Below are positions 49,390 through 61,610 of a stretch of DNA of 64,000 nucleotides, in pieces (within the stretch, counting starts at the first letter, position 1; the number at the start of each line of letters is the position of its first letter). The notes under the pieces are model-generated. The model did not search any database. It was not told where the DNA came from and saw only the letters and a program-made list of their open reading frames with translations. The translations under genes and the position numbers were made by a program. Source of the stretch: Klebsormidium nitens (lineage: Eukaryota; Plantae; Klebsormidiophyceae); contig DF237468.1 in assembly GCA_000708835.1 (NCBI GenBank), positions 1 through 64,000 of the forward strand, given 5' to 3'.

Positions 49390-50854
49390 ATAGGAAAGCA
49401 CACTTGTACAGTTATAAACAGGTTTGTCCATCGGCTTTTGCACACGCGCCGGTCTGCCGTGTTTGCCGTCATTGTGTTGGGACTGCCATTCAATCAATCG
49501 CAACTGGAGATTGCCCGCTCATTTCCAGGAAGTGCAAGTGTACCATTGCCTTCCGCGCGTCTGGACTGAGCACTATCAAGACTTGAAGTATTTGCACAAG
49601 GCTGGTTGCCAGTGAAACTATCAGACCAAGGTGCAATTGAGGCCGCACTCACATTTCAAAGGGACTGGGACTGTCACATGCCAAGCCAGGGTCTCTGTCT
49701 ACAGAACTGAAGATATGTGCAGATGGTTTCAGGTTTGGGCATTAGCAATGGAGTAAGAGTGTTCCAAGCACAGTTCCTCAACCGGCTTGCATCAATCTAC
49801 TTGCATAGATCGGCGGACCCAGCACGTTCATCGTCGGGGATGCTCATGAGTCGAGGCAGTGATTGCACTTCTGCAAGTGTAAGTGGATCCGAAAATCCTT
49901 TGTGTGCATGAGCATGTGGCCTGAGACTCATGTGAAGTGTTGGCCGGTCACTCTTTAAAGTCCGTTTACACGTTGTCTTCATATGATATCTGACCGTCCT
50001 TTAATCCTGTCAGAATCCATGCATCACTATAGCTGGCATTTTGGGATGGGACAGTGATCAGGTCAAAAGGGCATGTACCGGAGATTTGCAATGACTCTGT
50101 GTACACACTGCAGCCACTTCATGCCTGGAAGCTGGCCGCCGCTGCCAGGCTGCTGATACCATTGTCGTTTTCACATGCTGCAACTTCGGTTCAATACCGT
50201 CCATGTTGGCCGATCCATACACATGGAAGTTGCATGACCATCGACAAGGATCATGCAATGCGGAAGTTGTAGATCGGACATGGTTTTGGATCGGGAGGCT
50301 CAGAGTCCGCATGCGTCCACGCCATTGCGGCGATTCAATCATATGTATTCATACTGAATTTCGTGGACATATAGCTCTTGCACAAGATACTGTGCATTGA
50401 TCGACACCTTTCGCGTTGGATGTTTCGACTTGGAGTTTTGAAGCCTTTATGCAACCAAGCGCCAATATCAGACTTAAGCTTGCACGGGCGGCAGTGATTA
50501 GGAGCGACCAGCATGCTTTAAAAGAGCAGACGTTTAACAGATGCATAGAAAGGACCAAGTAATGAGCCCGAACTGGATAAACAATTTGAGTCTGGTCGAA
50601 AGAGCGCCGGACGAAGCTCGTTCAATACGGAAAGCGGAAGCAGATCGATCAAAAGACTTACTTGTGACTTTGACTGGACCTTTCGATAAAACTTTAAGAC
50701 GAGAAAAGTCAACGCGGCAATTCAGCATCTGCAATCTGTTTTCAACTCCAATGGATATCTCCGATAACCGCAACTCCAATATAGTGTTGAATGTTGTCAT
50801 ACTCTTAGCAGCTTCGCCAAGCTGCCGAACTGCTCAACTTTCACTCTAGTTCCC

Positions 50855-51817
50855 TCATTCTGACTCGTTCTGCGCTCGTCTTTGGTTCATATAGTCTTGC
50901 TTTTGCTGTTCAAAGACTTCATCGTTGGTACTGCAATAGACGAATGAGAGCATGTAAGATAGCGAACCTTCTGCTGGACGTTCCTTCTGCTTCTCCAGGC
51001 TTTTATGGCAACAAAATCCAACTCATTCCAAAATCAGCACTTTGGTACAGACATTGTGGGCGGCAAAATTTTAAGGAACACATATATGGTAGAGCTTTAA
51101 ATAATAGGTACCCCGCTGAGGGCCTTTCCAGCGCAAAGAGAAGACCTCGCAAACAGAAAGTTATACGGTGGCCTTGCAGGCTTTGCAACAAGCGAATGAT
51201 TTCAAATGCCTTGCAGGCAATGCAGAAACAAGCTGGATATGCCAAGTCCAATCTGACCGGGCTTTCAGTTTCAAGATAAGTTGGAGGTTGACGGCCTCAC
51301 TATTGATGAAGGCACTCATTCATCTCCCGGGATTGGGCTTTGCAAGCCCAGACTACGGAGATAGTCCGGCCTCGAGCGCACTCAGCAAATGCTGTTAGAG
51401 TGGTTTTACATTCTTTCAGCGCTCTCGCCTTCATCTTGCTCCGGAGAGCTGCAATCAGTCAAGGACGGGCCTGTTTGACGCAAGGTTGTAGAGTCGACAA
51501 ACTTCTGCAACAATCGACATCTTTGACAAGAGGCGGCCTTCCTTTCTGAGCAACTGTGCTTCAGCGTGATGCCCCTTCTGAGATCCTCAGCGGAGATTCA
51601 CACGGAACGGATCAAACATAAGGCCTCCGAAGTTTAGGCGACACCACCACTGGGTCAATGCCACTACAATAACACAAGCCAACACAAGCCAGCTCAACTG
51701 CTTTTGCCATCAGTTTTCAATGCTGCCACCACGAAGTCAAGTAGTCATCGGGCAGCCCCACTTACCTTCTTCTTCCTTTTTCCGCAAAATCTCCTCCCGG
51801 GCCCTGCCCAGATCCAT
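50855..51817 (-). CDS. CMC1: CMC1 / COX assembly mitochondrial protein (twin CX9C), 3 exons (51817-51766, 51448-51301, 50930-50855), 91 aa
   Basis: Spliced translation MDLGRAREEILRKKEEEALRSKMKARALKECKTTLTAFAECARGRTISVVWACKAQSREMNECLHQYTNDEVFEQQKQDYMNQRRAQNESE. Two CX9C motifs; phases 1 and 2 are consistent. Confidence 0.9.
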
Positions 51818-52315
51818 TGCGTATCAAACGTCAGCAAGGACAAAGTGGGTTTGAGAAGAAACCCTCGCAGGCGTATGTACAGATGAACCACCTGCCCATC
51901 ACGTCAGTCGCTCATCCGCCCTGACCTTGAAAACAAAAGTGGCGGATGTGGGCCGGATCCTCGCACGATCCTCGAAATCTGCTTGTAGTAAAGCTTCCGG
52001 AGACACCACCACATCAGAACACTTTACCAATTGCAGCTCGTTTTCGCGTGCGATGATTCCACTGGACGTTCGCTTCTTCGTCCGAGCAATCTTTTCTTAA
52101 AATGGGAGATCGGCATTCCTCGGATTGATTGATGGTCCGGAATGAAGCCAGCTCAAAACGATCGCTTCTTTGAGCAATGGTCGTCAGCAAGGTCGGAAGG
52201 GCGCCCGCCGCCTCTTCTCTTCTACCAGAACCTGCTCAATGCAGAGTCCAGTTTCTGTCTTGCAAGATACAAGCCTGCGAAGGTGACCGTCGCCGCCTCA
52301 GACTCAGAGTCAGAG

Positions 52316-52333
52316 CACACACACACACACACA
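52316..52333. repeat. (CA)9 microsatellite
   Basis: Direct read of the sequence. Confidence 0.9.
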
Positions 52334-52886
52334 GAGTGAGTGAGGCGTCCGACGGCGTCAGGCTCTGCACGTGAGACTGCGCGGCGTCGGACCCGGCCGC
52401 GGGCACAGCCTGCCCACTAGGCATGTTGCAGACGGATTGGACCCAACCTAGTTTCCTCCGGCTGACGATCCAACTCAGTGACTTGAAAACACACTGGATC
52501 AGTCACTCTAGAATCAGTTCCGCGCTTCTGCCTCCTTCTCCATGAAAGCAGGGCGTATTCTGCTTTTTAGGCGCGGTTGCACGTACTGTTGTGGTGCGCA
52601 ACTGAAGCTTACGTCACACCTGCTAAACGACCGTGTGCTTCGGAAGGGGCGCAAATTCTTGTCACAGCTGGGGGGACGCAAGGAGAGAGCTGAAACCGCG
52701 GAAGGAGCTCTGCGCAGCGCAGACAAGCCGAAGAAGGGGGGCAAAACAGGGACGGTGTGCCATCGGTTTGTTGGAGGACAATTTGCAGACGCGGTCTGTC
52801 CGTGAACAGGCGGTGCACTGACTGCGATTGTCGGGTTTACCCAATTAAGGACAGGTCTGGTGCTAGTAGGCGGCCGTGCAGGCAAC

Positions 52887-55800
52887 ATGGGGATCAATTA
52901 TGCAGCTTCTCTGCTGGTGCTCCTGCTGCTAGTGGGTCAATCAAGCGCGTTCTACCTGCCGGGAGTGGCTCCTCAAGATTTTGACAAGGTACAAGCCCCT
53001 AGCAACCTGTTTCTTGAATCTTCAAGAACTAGAGCTTGCAGTTCTTGACAACCCCTGTCTGCTCAATGAAGGCAAGACCCCTTGATCCTGTCTTGATCAA
53101 AATGGGTTGTGTAGCGGGGTTGGGTGTGATGCTGGATCTGATCTTGTTGGGCGCTGACTTATCATGCTGTTTTACCTGCAGGATGATGAGGTGACATTGA
53201 AAGTTAACAAGCTGACGTCCACAAAGACCCAGCTTCCCTATGAGTATTACTCCCTCCCATTCTGCAAGCCAGACCGCATCATAAACATGGCTGAGAACCT
53301 CGGAGAGGTGCTCAGAGGTGACCGGATTGAGAACTCCCCTTACAAGGTAAGCCCTCTGCTGGAGAATCAGTGTTCATGTTTGCTGCACAGACTACTTAAA
53401 CAACGCAGAGGATGACTGGATCTGGTGTTTGCATTGCTTTGAGCATCAAACGAGGTACCATATCATTCCGTTTTACCCTTTGGCAGCTCGTCGGTTGATT
53501 GCGCAGCACAAGCTAGGTGTCCAGCAATTTATGAAATAAAACCTACTGATGCCCTAAGTGAACCAACTGCTATCTTTGTGGTGTTCAGTTCTACATCCGG
53601 AGGGACGAGCAGTGCAATGTGATCTGCAAGATTGACAAGCTGCCCAAGCATGATGCAGCAATCTTCAAGGACAAGATTGAGGACGAATACAGGGTCAACA
53701 TGTAAGTGTGTGCCTCTTTCTAACTCCGTCGTCAGCAGTCACTCTTCTGGAATGCTTGACGTCTGGATTGAGCTGCTGCAGTCTGCCAATGTCCACTGTC
53801 TCACAATTCGAGAAGAAACTCCTCTGACAGTCCAATCAGCTGGCCTGTGGAGTCACATTGAATCTCATTGTGCAGGATTCTGGACAATCTTCCAGTGGCT
53901 ATGGTAAAGGTCCGCACAGAGAACGGGAACAGCTTCAAAACATACGAAAGGGGTTATCCTGTTGGGTTCAAAGCTGCCATTGAGGTGAGCTGCGCACCCT
54001 TGGTTTCATTGATCTCGCTCATCAAGAGCTGCTCATTGACCAACCCTTGATCAGAGAGGCGCCACCATCTTGAGATCTAGGATATTAGCAATGCAACTTG
54101 AGGCAGCCTGATTGCGTGCATAATGCACATCTGACGCCAGACACCGCCTTGTTGTGAAGCTTATTCTGGCTGATGGTGATGAAGCTTATTTAACCTATGG
54201 GTCACATTTCTGAACAATGCTGATGCTGTAAGGAGTGGTCGGGGTTGAGCAGCTGAATGCCGGATCGCAGAGCACAGAGTCAGGTCTGATGTGGCTGTCG
54301 ATGCCCTTCCTGAAAATTCTGGGAAAATGTCTGGCGCAGCATGATGCAGCAAAAGTTCGATCAGAGCCACATTGAGTTTGTGCAATATACTGGGTGTGCT
54401 GTCTGGCATCCGCCGTTGTACGTATGCTGCTTTAGGCTTTGTTTTGGCCCCGGTCTTTCACGTATATGGCAGATTGCAAAACTGTCTTTGTGCTACTTTG
54501 CAGGAGGGTGGCGAGGAGAAGTATTTCATCCACAACCATCTCCGCTTCACTGTGCTGTTCCACAAGGATTATGACAGCAACCTGGCCCGCCTTGTTGGCT
54601 TTGAGGTTGAGCCTTTCAGGTGATTTTGACCTTCCTAGATATGCATCAGCCAGAGGTTTGCGACACTAAAAAAATGTGGAGTCTGTAGCATGCTTTCCAG
54701 CTTGCGGCGCTAGGGCTGGATGGCGGTGGGAGAGTGACGTCTTTAGTAACGAAAGGGCCCTGAAGCAGTAGTGACGCCAACGCCCATTTTGCGCACCTCG
54801 AGCGTGAACTTTTATGGAAACGTAGGTGGCCTGAGAAATGTTGCTGCTCAAACGCGGTTCACTATCAAATGCATTGCATCTGCGCTCAGAGACGCCTTTG
54901 CAGGTTCAGGCGATTGGTCAACTCTGCCTCATGCAGATCTGCGAGCGACCAATCAGCCTTGGGACTAAGCAACTGAACCACCTGCCTGCAGTGTGAAGCA
55001 TGAGTACGAGGCTCCATGGGACGCCCTGAAGCCCCACCTCCAGACCTGCAACCCCGGCAGCATGACATATGTCACCCACGGGCTCAGCCCGCAGATCGTG
55101 GAGGAGGACGAGGAGATTATCTTCAGTTACGATGTCATCTACAAGGTGCGTTTGAAGCCCTTTTCACAGCGAGGATCAAAGCTGTGCACGCAGTGTAGGT
55201 CAAGACGTGTGGTGCCGCCTGGATGGGGTGTCTGGGACTTTTGGTGTTTTCATGCTTCTGTCCAGCTCGTAGATTACGGCAGGGAAAGAAGGAGCTTAAT
55301 TGAACCTGGCGGCCAGCCAAGAGACTTGCACCCTTGGAGTGCCCCCAAGAGCCCTTATTTGACTCCCATTTCCTATCTTGGCGTCTACTTGGCTGCCTGC
55401 TAGGTATTCTGCTACTGTGGAGTGCCCCCAACAGCTATTTTTTGAAACTATTTGGTCTGGGATCTCAACCTGGAGATTAGAATCCTTTGCGAGTCTGCAA
55501 TGAACAGAGCACCGGTGGAAGAACAGGTAATGCAGCAGTTATCAGGCCTACTACTGAAGCTGGTTGTCTCTGCCTGGCTGCAGATCAGCGACATCAAGTG
55601 GGCCTCCCGCTGGGATACATACCTGCTGATGACCGACGACCAGATCCACTGGTTCTCCATCATCAACTCGCTCATGATCGTGCTCTTCCTCTCGGGCATG
55701 GTCGCCATGATCATGATGCGCACTCTTCACCGGGACATCTCCAAGTACAACCAGCTCGAGTCCCAGGACGAGGCTCAGGTCAGCCCTTTCGCCAAACTGC

Positions 55801-57432
55801 TGAAAGTTTCTGCGATTCTTCATGTCCTCTCTGCGAAGTCGTTCTTCAGATCTCATCGCTTCAGAGAGGTCACTTGTCTTTGCCTTTGGTGTTCGTTCTT
55901 CAGATCTCATCGCTTCAGAGAGGTCACTTGTCTTTGCCTTTGGTGTTCGTTTGAGATATGGATTTTGTGACATTGGCTGCTATGCAGAGGCATTACTTTA
56001 CGCGATCCCCCTCGCTCTTGAGGAGTGTGTGAGTCCTTCGAAGTTCACTAGCTATGCAGGCAGTGGCAACACTTCAAGGATTCTGTCACCGATCTTGTCC
56101 GGACCAGTTCTTGGTTTCGGACAAGCAGAAAACTTGTGAGGCGACGGTGTCGGAGGAAGCATCAGAGGGATAGTGCCTGACGTCTTACCTGTCCTTTCGT
56201 CTCGTCTGAGTGGATGCTGGAAGTTTCCAGTGAGAATCCAAATTTCCAGCTCTGAAGCCAGTAGCACACGTTTTTCTTGTGCAATAGCCCCAAACAACAG
56301 GAGAAGAACAAGAGTATCTGCTGTTAATCCTACTGCACCTTCTCACAGCGGAGTAGATAGCAGGAGCGCTCTGTTCGCCCTCTCAGTCTGAAGTTTCCGC
56401 TTATCTAGCGGTCTTGTTCTCTTTGGCTCCTCGTCTGCAACTCACGCAACCACTCCCATCCCCCTGCAGGAGGAGACCGGCTGGAAGCTGGTGCACGGTG
56501 ACGTCTTCCGGCCCCCCAACAACGCGGGCCTGCTCTGCGTCTACGTCGGCACGGGTGTGCAGTTCTTCGGCATGACGCTCATCACCATGGTCTTTGCGGT
56601 GCTGGGCTTCCTCTCCCCCGCCAACCGCGGCGGCCTCATGACGGCCATGCTCCTGCTCTGGGTCTTCATGGGCCTACTCGCCGGCTACTCCGGCGCGCGC
56701 CTCTACAAGGTCTTCAAGGGCACCGAGTGGAAGAAGATCACGCTCCAGACCGCGTTCCTCTTCCCGGGCATCGTCTTCGGCACGTTCTTCGTCCTCAACT
56801 GCCTCATCTGGGGGGAGAAGTCGTCGGGCGCGATCCCCTTTGGCACCATGTTCGCGCTCGTCTTCCTCTGGTTCGGCATCTCCGTGCCGCTTGTGTTCAT
56901 CGGGAGCTACTTCGGGTTCAAGAAGCCTGCGCCCGAGGACCCCGTGCGCACCAACAAGATCCCGCGCCAGATCCCGGAGCAGGCCTGGTACATGCGGCCC
57001 GTGTTCTCGGTGCTCATCGGGGGCATCCTGCCGTTCGGCGCCGTCTTCATCGAGCTGTTCTTCATCCTGACGTCCATCTGGCTGCACCAGTTCTACTACA
57101 TCTTCGGGTTCCTCTTCATCGTGTTCCTCATCCTCATCGTGACGTGCGCGGAGATCACGATCGTGCTGTGCTACTTCCAGCTCTGCAGCGAGGACTACCA
57201 CTGGTGGTGGAGAGCGTACATGACCAGCGGCTCCAGTGCGCTGTACCTGTTCCTGTACGCGACTTTCTACTTCTTCACCAAGCTGGAGATCACAAAGCTG
57301 GTGTCGGGCGTGCTGTACTTCGGGTACATGACCATGATTTCGTACTCCTTCTTCGTGCTCACGGGCACCATTGGGTTCTACGCCTGCTACTGGTTCGTCC
57401 GGATCATCTACGGGTCGGTGAAGATAGATTAA
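52887..57432 (+). CDS. TMN: Transmembrane 9 superfamily (TM9SF/EMP70/TMN) protein, 8 exons
   Basis: Signal peptide then [80 protein letters not shown], nine TM helices, C-terminal YGSVKID. Confidence 0.95.
55839..55951. repeat. Perfect 54-bp tandem duplication in TM9SF intron 7
   Basis: TCGTTCTTCAGATCTCATCGCTTCAGAGAGGTCACTTGTCTTTGCCTTTGGTGT x2, plus TCGTT. Confidence 0.9.
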
Positions 57433-58999
57433 GCGGCCCTTCTTCTGTAAAGGTTTAAGTGTGACGGTGTGGAAGGGACGGAAGTCAGCAATTCAATGAA
57501 GACCGAGCAGCTCTCTGAGCTGGGGCAGTCTCCCGCTAGGAACCTCTCTGACCTTCGTTGGATACTAGTAGCTCTTTCCAAATACTGTTGGGTTTATCCA
57601 AGCGGGATTGTAGATGTAAGCTGCTGTTGTGGCTAGATCTGCACTACTGCACCCTTCTGGTCATTGCCTCGACTTGCAATCAACGACAAACCTCTTTTAG
57701 AACCCTCACGAGTGTTGGGACAAACTTACACCTGATTTACTTTGACTGCGCCAAGATTTGTACACATCCTGTGGCCGACTATGTGCATTGAGCGGTGCAG
57801 CCAGGCTGCAGACTTAAGCTGCAAAAAGGCAGCTTGCAAGGCCGCCAGAGACTGCAAATATTGCAAGCGCGGATTGCTTGAACGTCTGGCACCTCCAAAA
57901 TGTCGAATCCGGATGCTGCACTAACCACCATCGATGATTCAAGATTTTGGGCTCGCTCTGCATCATGGCCGCCACATATGGCTGCAAATGGCAGCATGCA
58001 GGCGCATCTGATCATCCATATTTGAAAGGCCGACTGAATGTTGCCGCCTTATAAGCATGAGACTGTTCAAATGAGAGCCAGTGCAACGTGCACGCCCGCA
58101 TTTGTAATATATTCATTGTGGGCGCCCCTCGCGTCACGGTGCATGCCCTTGCAGTGCGCACGTACCGCACATGGTGACCACTTGCGAAAAGACATGGCCG
58201 ACGGGCCTGGCGGCCGTTGGGCGGCACACATGCCGCATGGCTGCTGGCAGATCAGCTGCAGGCGCCTCCACGTGATAAGCAATTCGCCATGCTGATTTGG
58301 GGCCGCCCATGCCCATTGCATTTGACGATCATTGTATGCGCTACTATTATAGACCATTATTCAACATGATGCCTTAAAAAATTCCACTCATCACTGCTAG
58401 GGGGGCTGTACAACGCGTACACATGCGGTCTATCTCGATCTTTCATTACGACTTGAGTAGTACAGGTCACCTAGCTACGTGTGGGCCATGTGCCGCTCGT
58501 TGAACATGGCATGATACTTGATTAGTGCGTCTTAAATCGCTGTCATGGATCGAAGAGAGTGCTAAGTTCGACGCAAGTATTGATAACCGAACTCAGACGG
58601 GCAATTGTTGGATTGCAGGAGTTCCGTATGCCATGATGGAGTGATCTGCACTACTGCTTTTCCTTTGCAGTAAAGCAGGATCATTGATGCAAAAGTTGTC
58701 AAATACGTTGAAGTTCTTCTTGACGTACAAGCAGTCTGCAACAGTGAGATGCCATGCCAGAAAGTGACCAAAAGGGCGTTGTTATGTATCAGGACATCCC
58801 CCAGTAAGGAAAGCGCCATACAAAAGGGACTTGTCTTCAGCTTTACACGACCTCAGATTGTCGAATATTTGAGAGTTCGTAAATGACTTCTGCTCTTTGA
58901 AGGCAATCAGCTGTAGCTTTGCAGTCAACCTCGTAAACTTGATTCGAAAGGACCTTGGTGTAAAATCTCAGCATGGAAAGGTAACAATGAACAACTCCC

Positions 59000-59573
59000 T
59001 CATTCCTCATCAGCTTTTGGGATGTTTTTACTCCACATCTGCGAGGGGATCCAGCCTTTTGGAGCGACCGCCCTTTGCTGTTGAGATAGGAGCGTGGGGA
59101 ACATATGAGCAAGTGAACTAGCGACAGAAATCTGCATGCACTTGCTGTCCACAGAAAGACTCGAGAGTCTGGTCAGCTTGACACGAAACATCTTGAAGCC
59201 TCATGTACGACCCACACGTTGCAAATCAAGCGAAAGACAGTTTGCCTCGGCACCCCCGACAGTTGGCCCCGTGTTCGATCTGTGAGCGGTCCACCAGTTC
59301 TCTGTCAAGGAGTACGGACAACCTTACATCCAGGACGTCAGTTGAGAACCACGCTTATCAAAAGCCGCCGACCACTCACATGAAAACTCCGACTCTTTGA
59401 CTCACCTCAATAGACACAGACTTCATCGCGATTGGAATACAGACGAGAGCGATCCCTGTGAGCGCGAGCGCCGTGTTCCGCCGCCAGTGCTTCGGGTCGC
59501 ACCACCAGCCTCCGGTGGGAGTCCAGACCTCCTTGGGGTAGTAGAAGTCACCATGACCACCGCCCCCCCCCAT
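59000..59573 (-). CDS. Mitochondrial complex I accessory subunit (NUUM/KFYI-NDUFC1-like; At4g00585 type), 2 exons (59573-59406, 59077-59000), 81 aa
   Basis: MGGGGGHGDFYYPKEVWTPTGGWWCDPKHWRRNTALALTGIALVCIPIAMKSVSIE/QRAVAPKGWIPSQMWSKN matches the recalled plant motif PKHWRRNTA...VCIPIA...IPSQ.W.KN. Confidence 0.8.
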
Positions 59574-60744
59574 GGTTCACCTGCGAGCGTTGCCAAGTAG
59601 TGAGCTTGGCAGGAATGCAAACTGACAGGCTCCATTCAACCATTTCATGGAGGCCTGGTTAGGGGCCTGTTCAACACCTCTTGTGAACTGTACAACATCC
59701 TTGAAAGGCTTCCCATGTTGGCCGCAATTGCGCATTCTTTCAACAGCAGGTCACTTTGCTTCTAGCTTCAGTCTAAGCCCCCTCTTTTTGGCAACGTCTG
59801 CGAGAAACCTGAACGACCGGGTCAACATTTTGGGCAGCGAGCTAATCAGAATCTACTGCAAAACTTGCGATGCATCTGCCACCAGCAAAGTTGGAATACC
59901 CTAAGAGGACCCTAAGAAGAGGCACAAAAACTTGTCTAATGTATGCAGATTCCCAACGAAGACTCTCATCACAGCATTCATTCAATGCTTCAGACGAAGC
60001 ACTGCGCTTGTGAAAAAAAATCAATCCTGATTCGCTACATCGTTCAATCATTTTCCCTCAGTGCTCATGAGCTTCACTAAGCTTTCAAGGGCCATCGTCT
60101 TGACCTTCCTGGAGTCCAAGCAAAAGCAGGGCAGCAGGTTCCAAGCAGCCCGGCTGACACTTGCAGGCCATGTACTGTTTGGAGATCTTGCAGAAGCAGT
60201 GACCTCACCTTTATGAGGAGACACCGCGCAGTGTCCCGCCGTCAATCAAGATCCTACTCCGCTGGCCACTCGAGATTGCACACGCGCCAAAATCACAAGG
60301 AAGTCAGACACACCTTTTGGTTAAGCTTACGATCAACAGATGGGTAAATGACTCCTCTTTTCTGATAAAAACACAGCCAGCTGGGCGCTCTGGCTACAGT
60401 AGCGAAGGGCTCTAGAGCTACAGCGCTGCGTCCTGGGACTCCTGGCCCCTCGACTCAGTCCCCCCTGCAGAGAACTAGGCGCAGCGAGCACGCTTTTGTG
60501 AGATGTTCGGCGCGATACAACAGTATGTTCTCTTCTCATAAGCCCGTACCCATCAAAGGCATGGGGCTGCTACGACACTGTAACCTGTCGTAGGGAGCAC
60601 TGGGGTGCTCGGGGGACCACATGCAAGATGACACTATGGAAATCTGGAGCCTGCGCCAAGCAGCGCGACCCCGGTAGCAGAGACGCTGGCCTCTCGCTCC
60701 GGGACACTGGGCAAGACTCGGTGTCAACTTGCGATGTAGAATGA

Positions 60745-61454
60745 TGGCCATCCAGGGCCCAGGCCATTGGCTTGACCGCAAAATCTGTTGACCATGTTCG
60801 TAGGCTGGCGTTCAGAATCAGTAACCGTAGACCCAATTCTAGTATGAAAAGACTGATTCTCTTAAGAATGCTCGGGCAACGGTATGGACAGAGAGCAGCG
60901 AAATTTTGGACCTTAGAATCACGGGAATTATTCTACATAAGGAGGCTCCATGGCGGTCGGGAGAGGGTGCCCGGGGGACAGCCTAGGAGTGGCGTTTTCA
61001 ACCATCGATTATTGCCATTAGGAATCGACGGGTCACTGGAACCACTGGGATAATCGGACGCTTTCAGGCGATCGCATCTTTCGATCCGAGTGGCCGAAGG
61101 CCGTCGATAATGATACGACCTCGCGAAGGTTGCTTGGAGCAGCCAAACGCTATGTACCGAGAATCACGAGAGGGGCGGCCGCTAGGGGCTTGAATGAGTG
61201 TCGTAGCGAATCATCAATAGCGTAATCCGTCACATGTGGTATGTCTCTATGCCAGTGGAGCAAGGGAAGATCTGAAGATTGACGGTTTCGATCATCATGA
61301 TTTGGAACTCGATGCATTATAGCAGAATGGAACGAAATTGTGAACGTCCAGGAGTGAGAGAAGCGGGGGGGTTCGGGGGGGCGGCAGTCCCCCCGAGTTT
61401 ACGAATTGAAGAATAGGCATTAATGCATATTAAAATTAGGATTGGCAAAAAAAA
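60745..61454 (+). mobile_element. Possible decayed GIY-YIG endonuclease element (Penelope-like?) ending in a GC hairpin and A8
   Basis: Frame reads AIGLTAKSV..R...LESRELFYIRRL...VFN, resembling YIGxT / RE.xYI / N motifs. No clear GIY half. Hairpin at 61374-61395; A8 at 61447-61454. Confidence 0.3.
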
Positions 61455-61610
61455 TAGCTAACTCTAGGCCTGTGTGCGGCACATGTTGTTGCATATGCAT
61501 ATGGACGCCGTCAAAATTATCGAGTTGCCAACAGGGTTTTCAAGAGTTCCAAATGCTATTACGGATAAGCTTCCAGAGCTACGGCTAGTTTTCCATCCCT
61601 GTTATAAATC

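Noticed and set aside
51850-51930. Ubiquitin-like tail (GQVVHLYIRLRG) upstream of CMC1
   Set aside because: Too short, needs a stop and a frameshift, and lies in the CMC1 5' region; probably chance.
56674-57458. Long overlapping alternative-frame and antisense ORFs over TM9SF, kinesin and HECT exons
   Set aside because: Expected by-products of GC3-rich codon usage.
34974-59573. Functional clustering of mitochondrial genes (PNPase, CMC1, complex I subunit)
   Set aside because: They are interspersed with unrelated genes, and three in 25 kb is compatible with chance.
61260-61310. Hammerhead ribozyme core near the putative PLE relic
   Set aside because: Only partial CTGAAGA / ATGATGA-TC-GAAAC matches, and the stems do not close.
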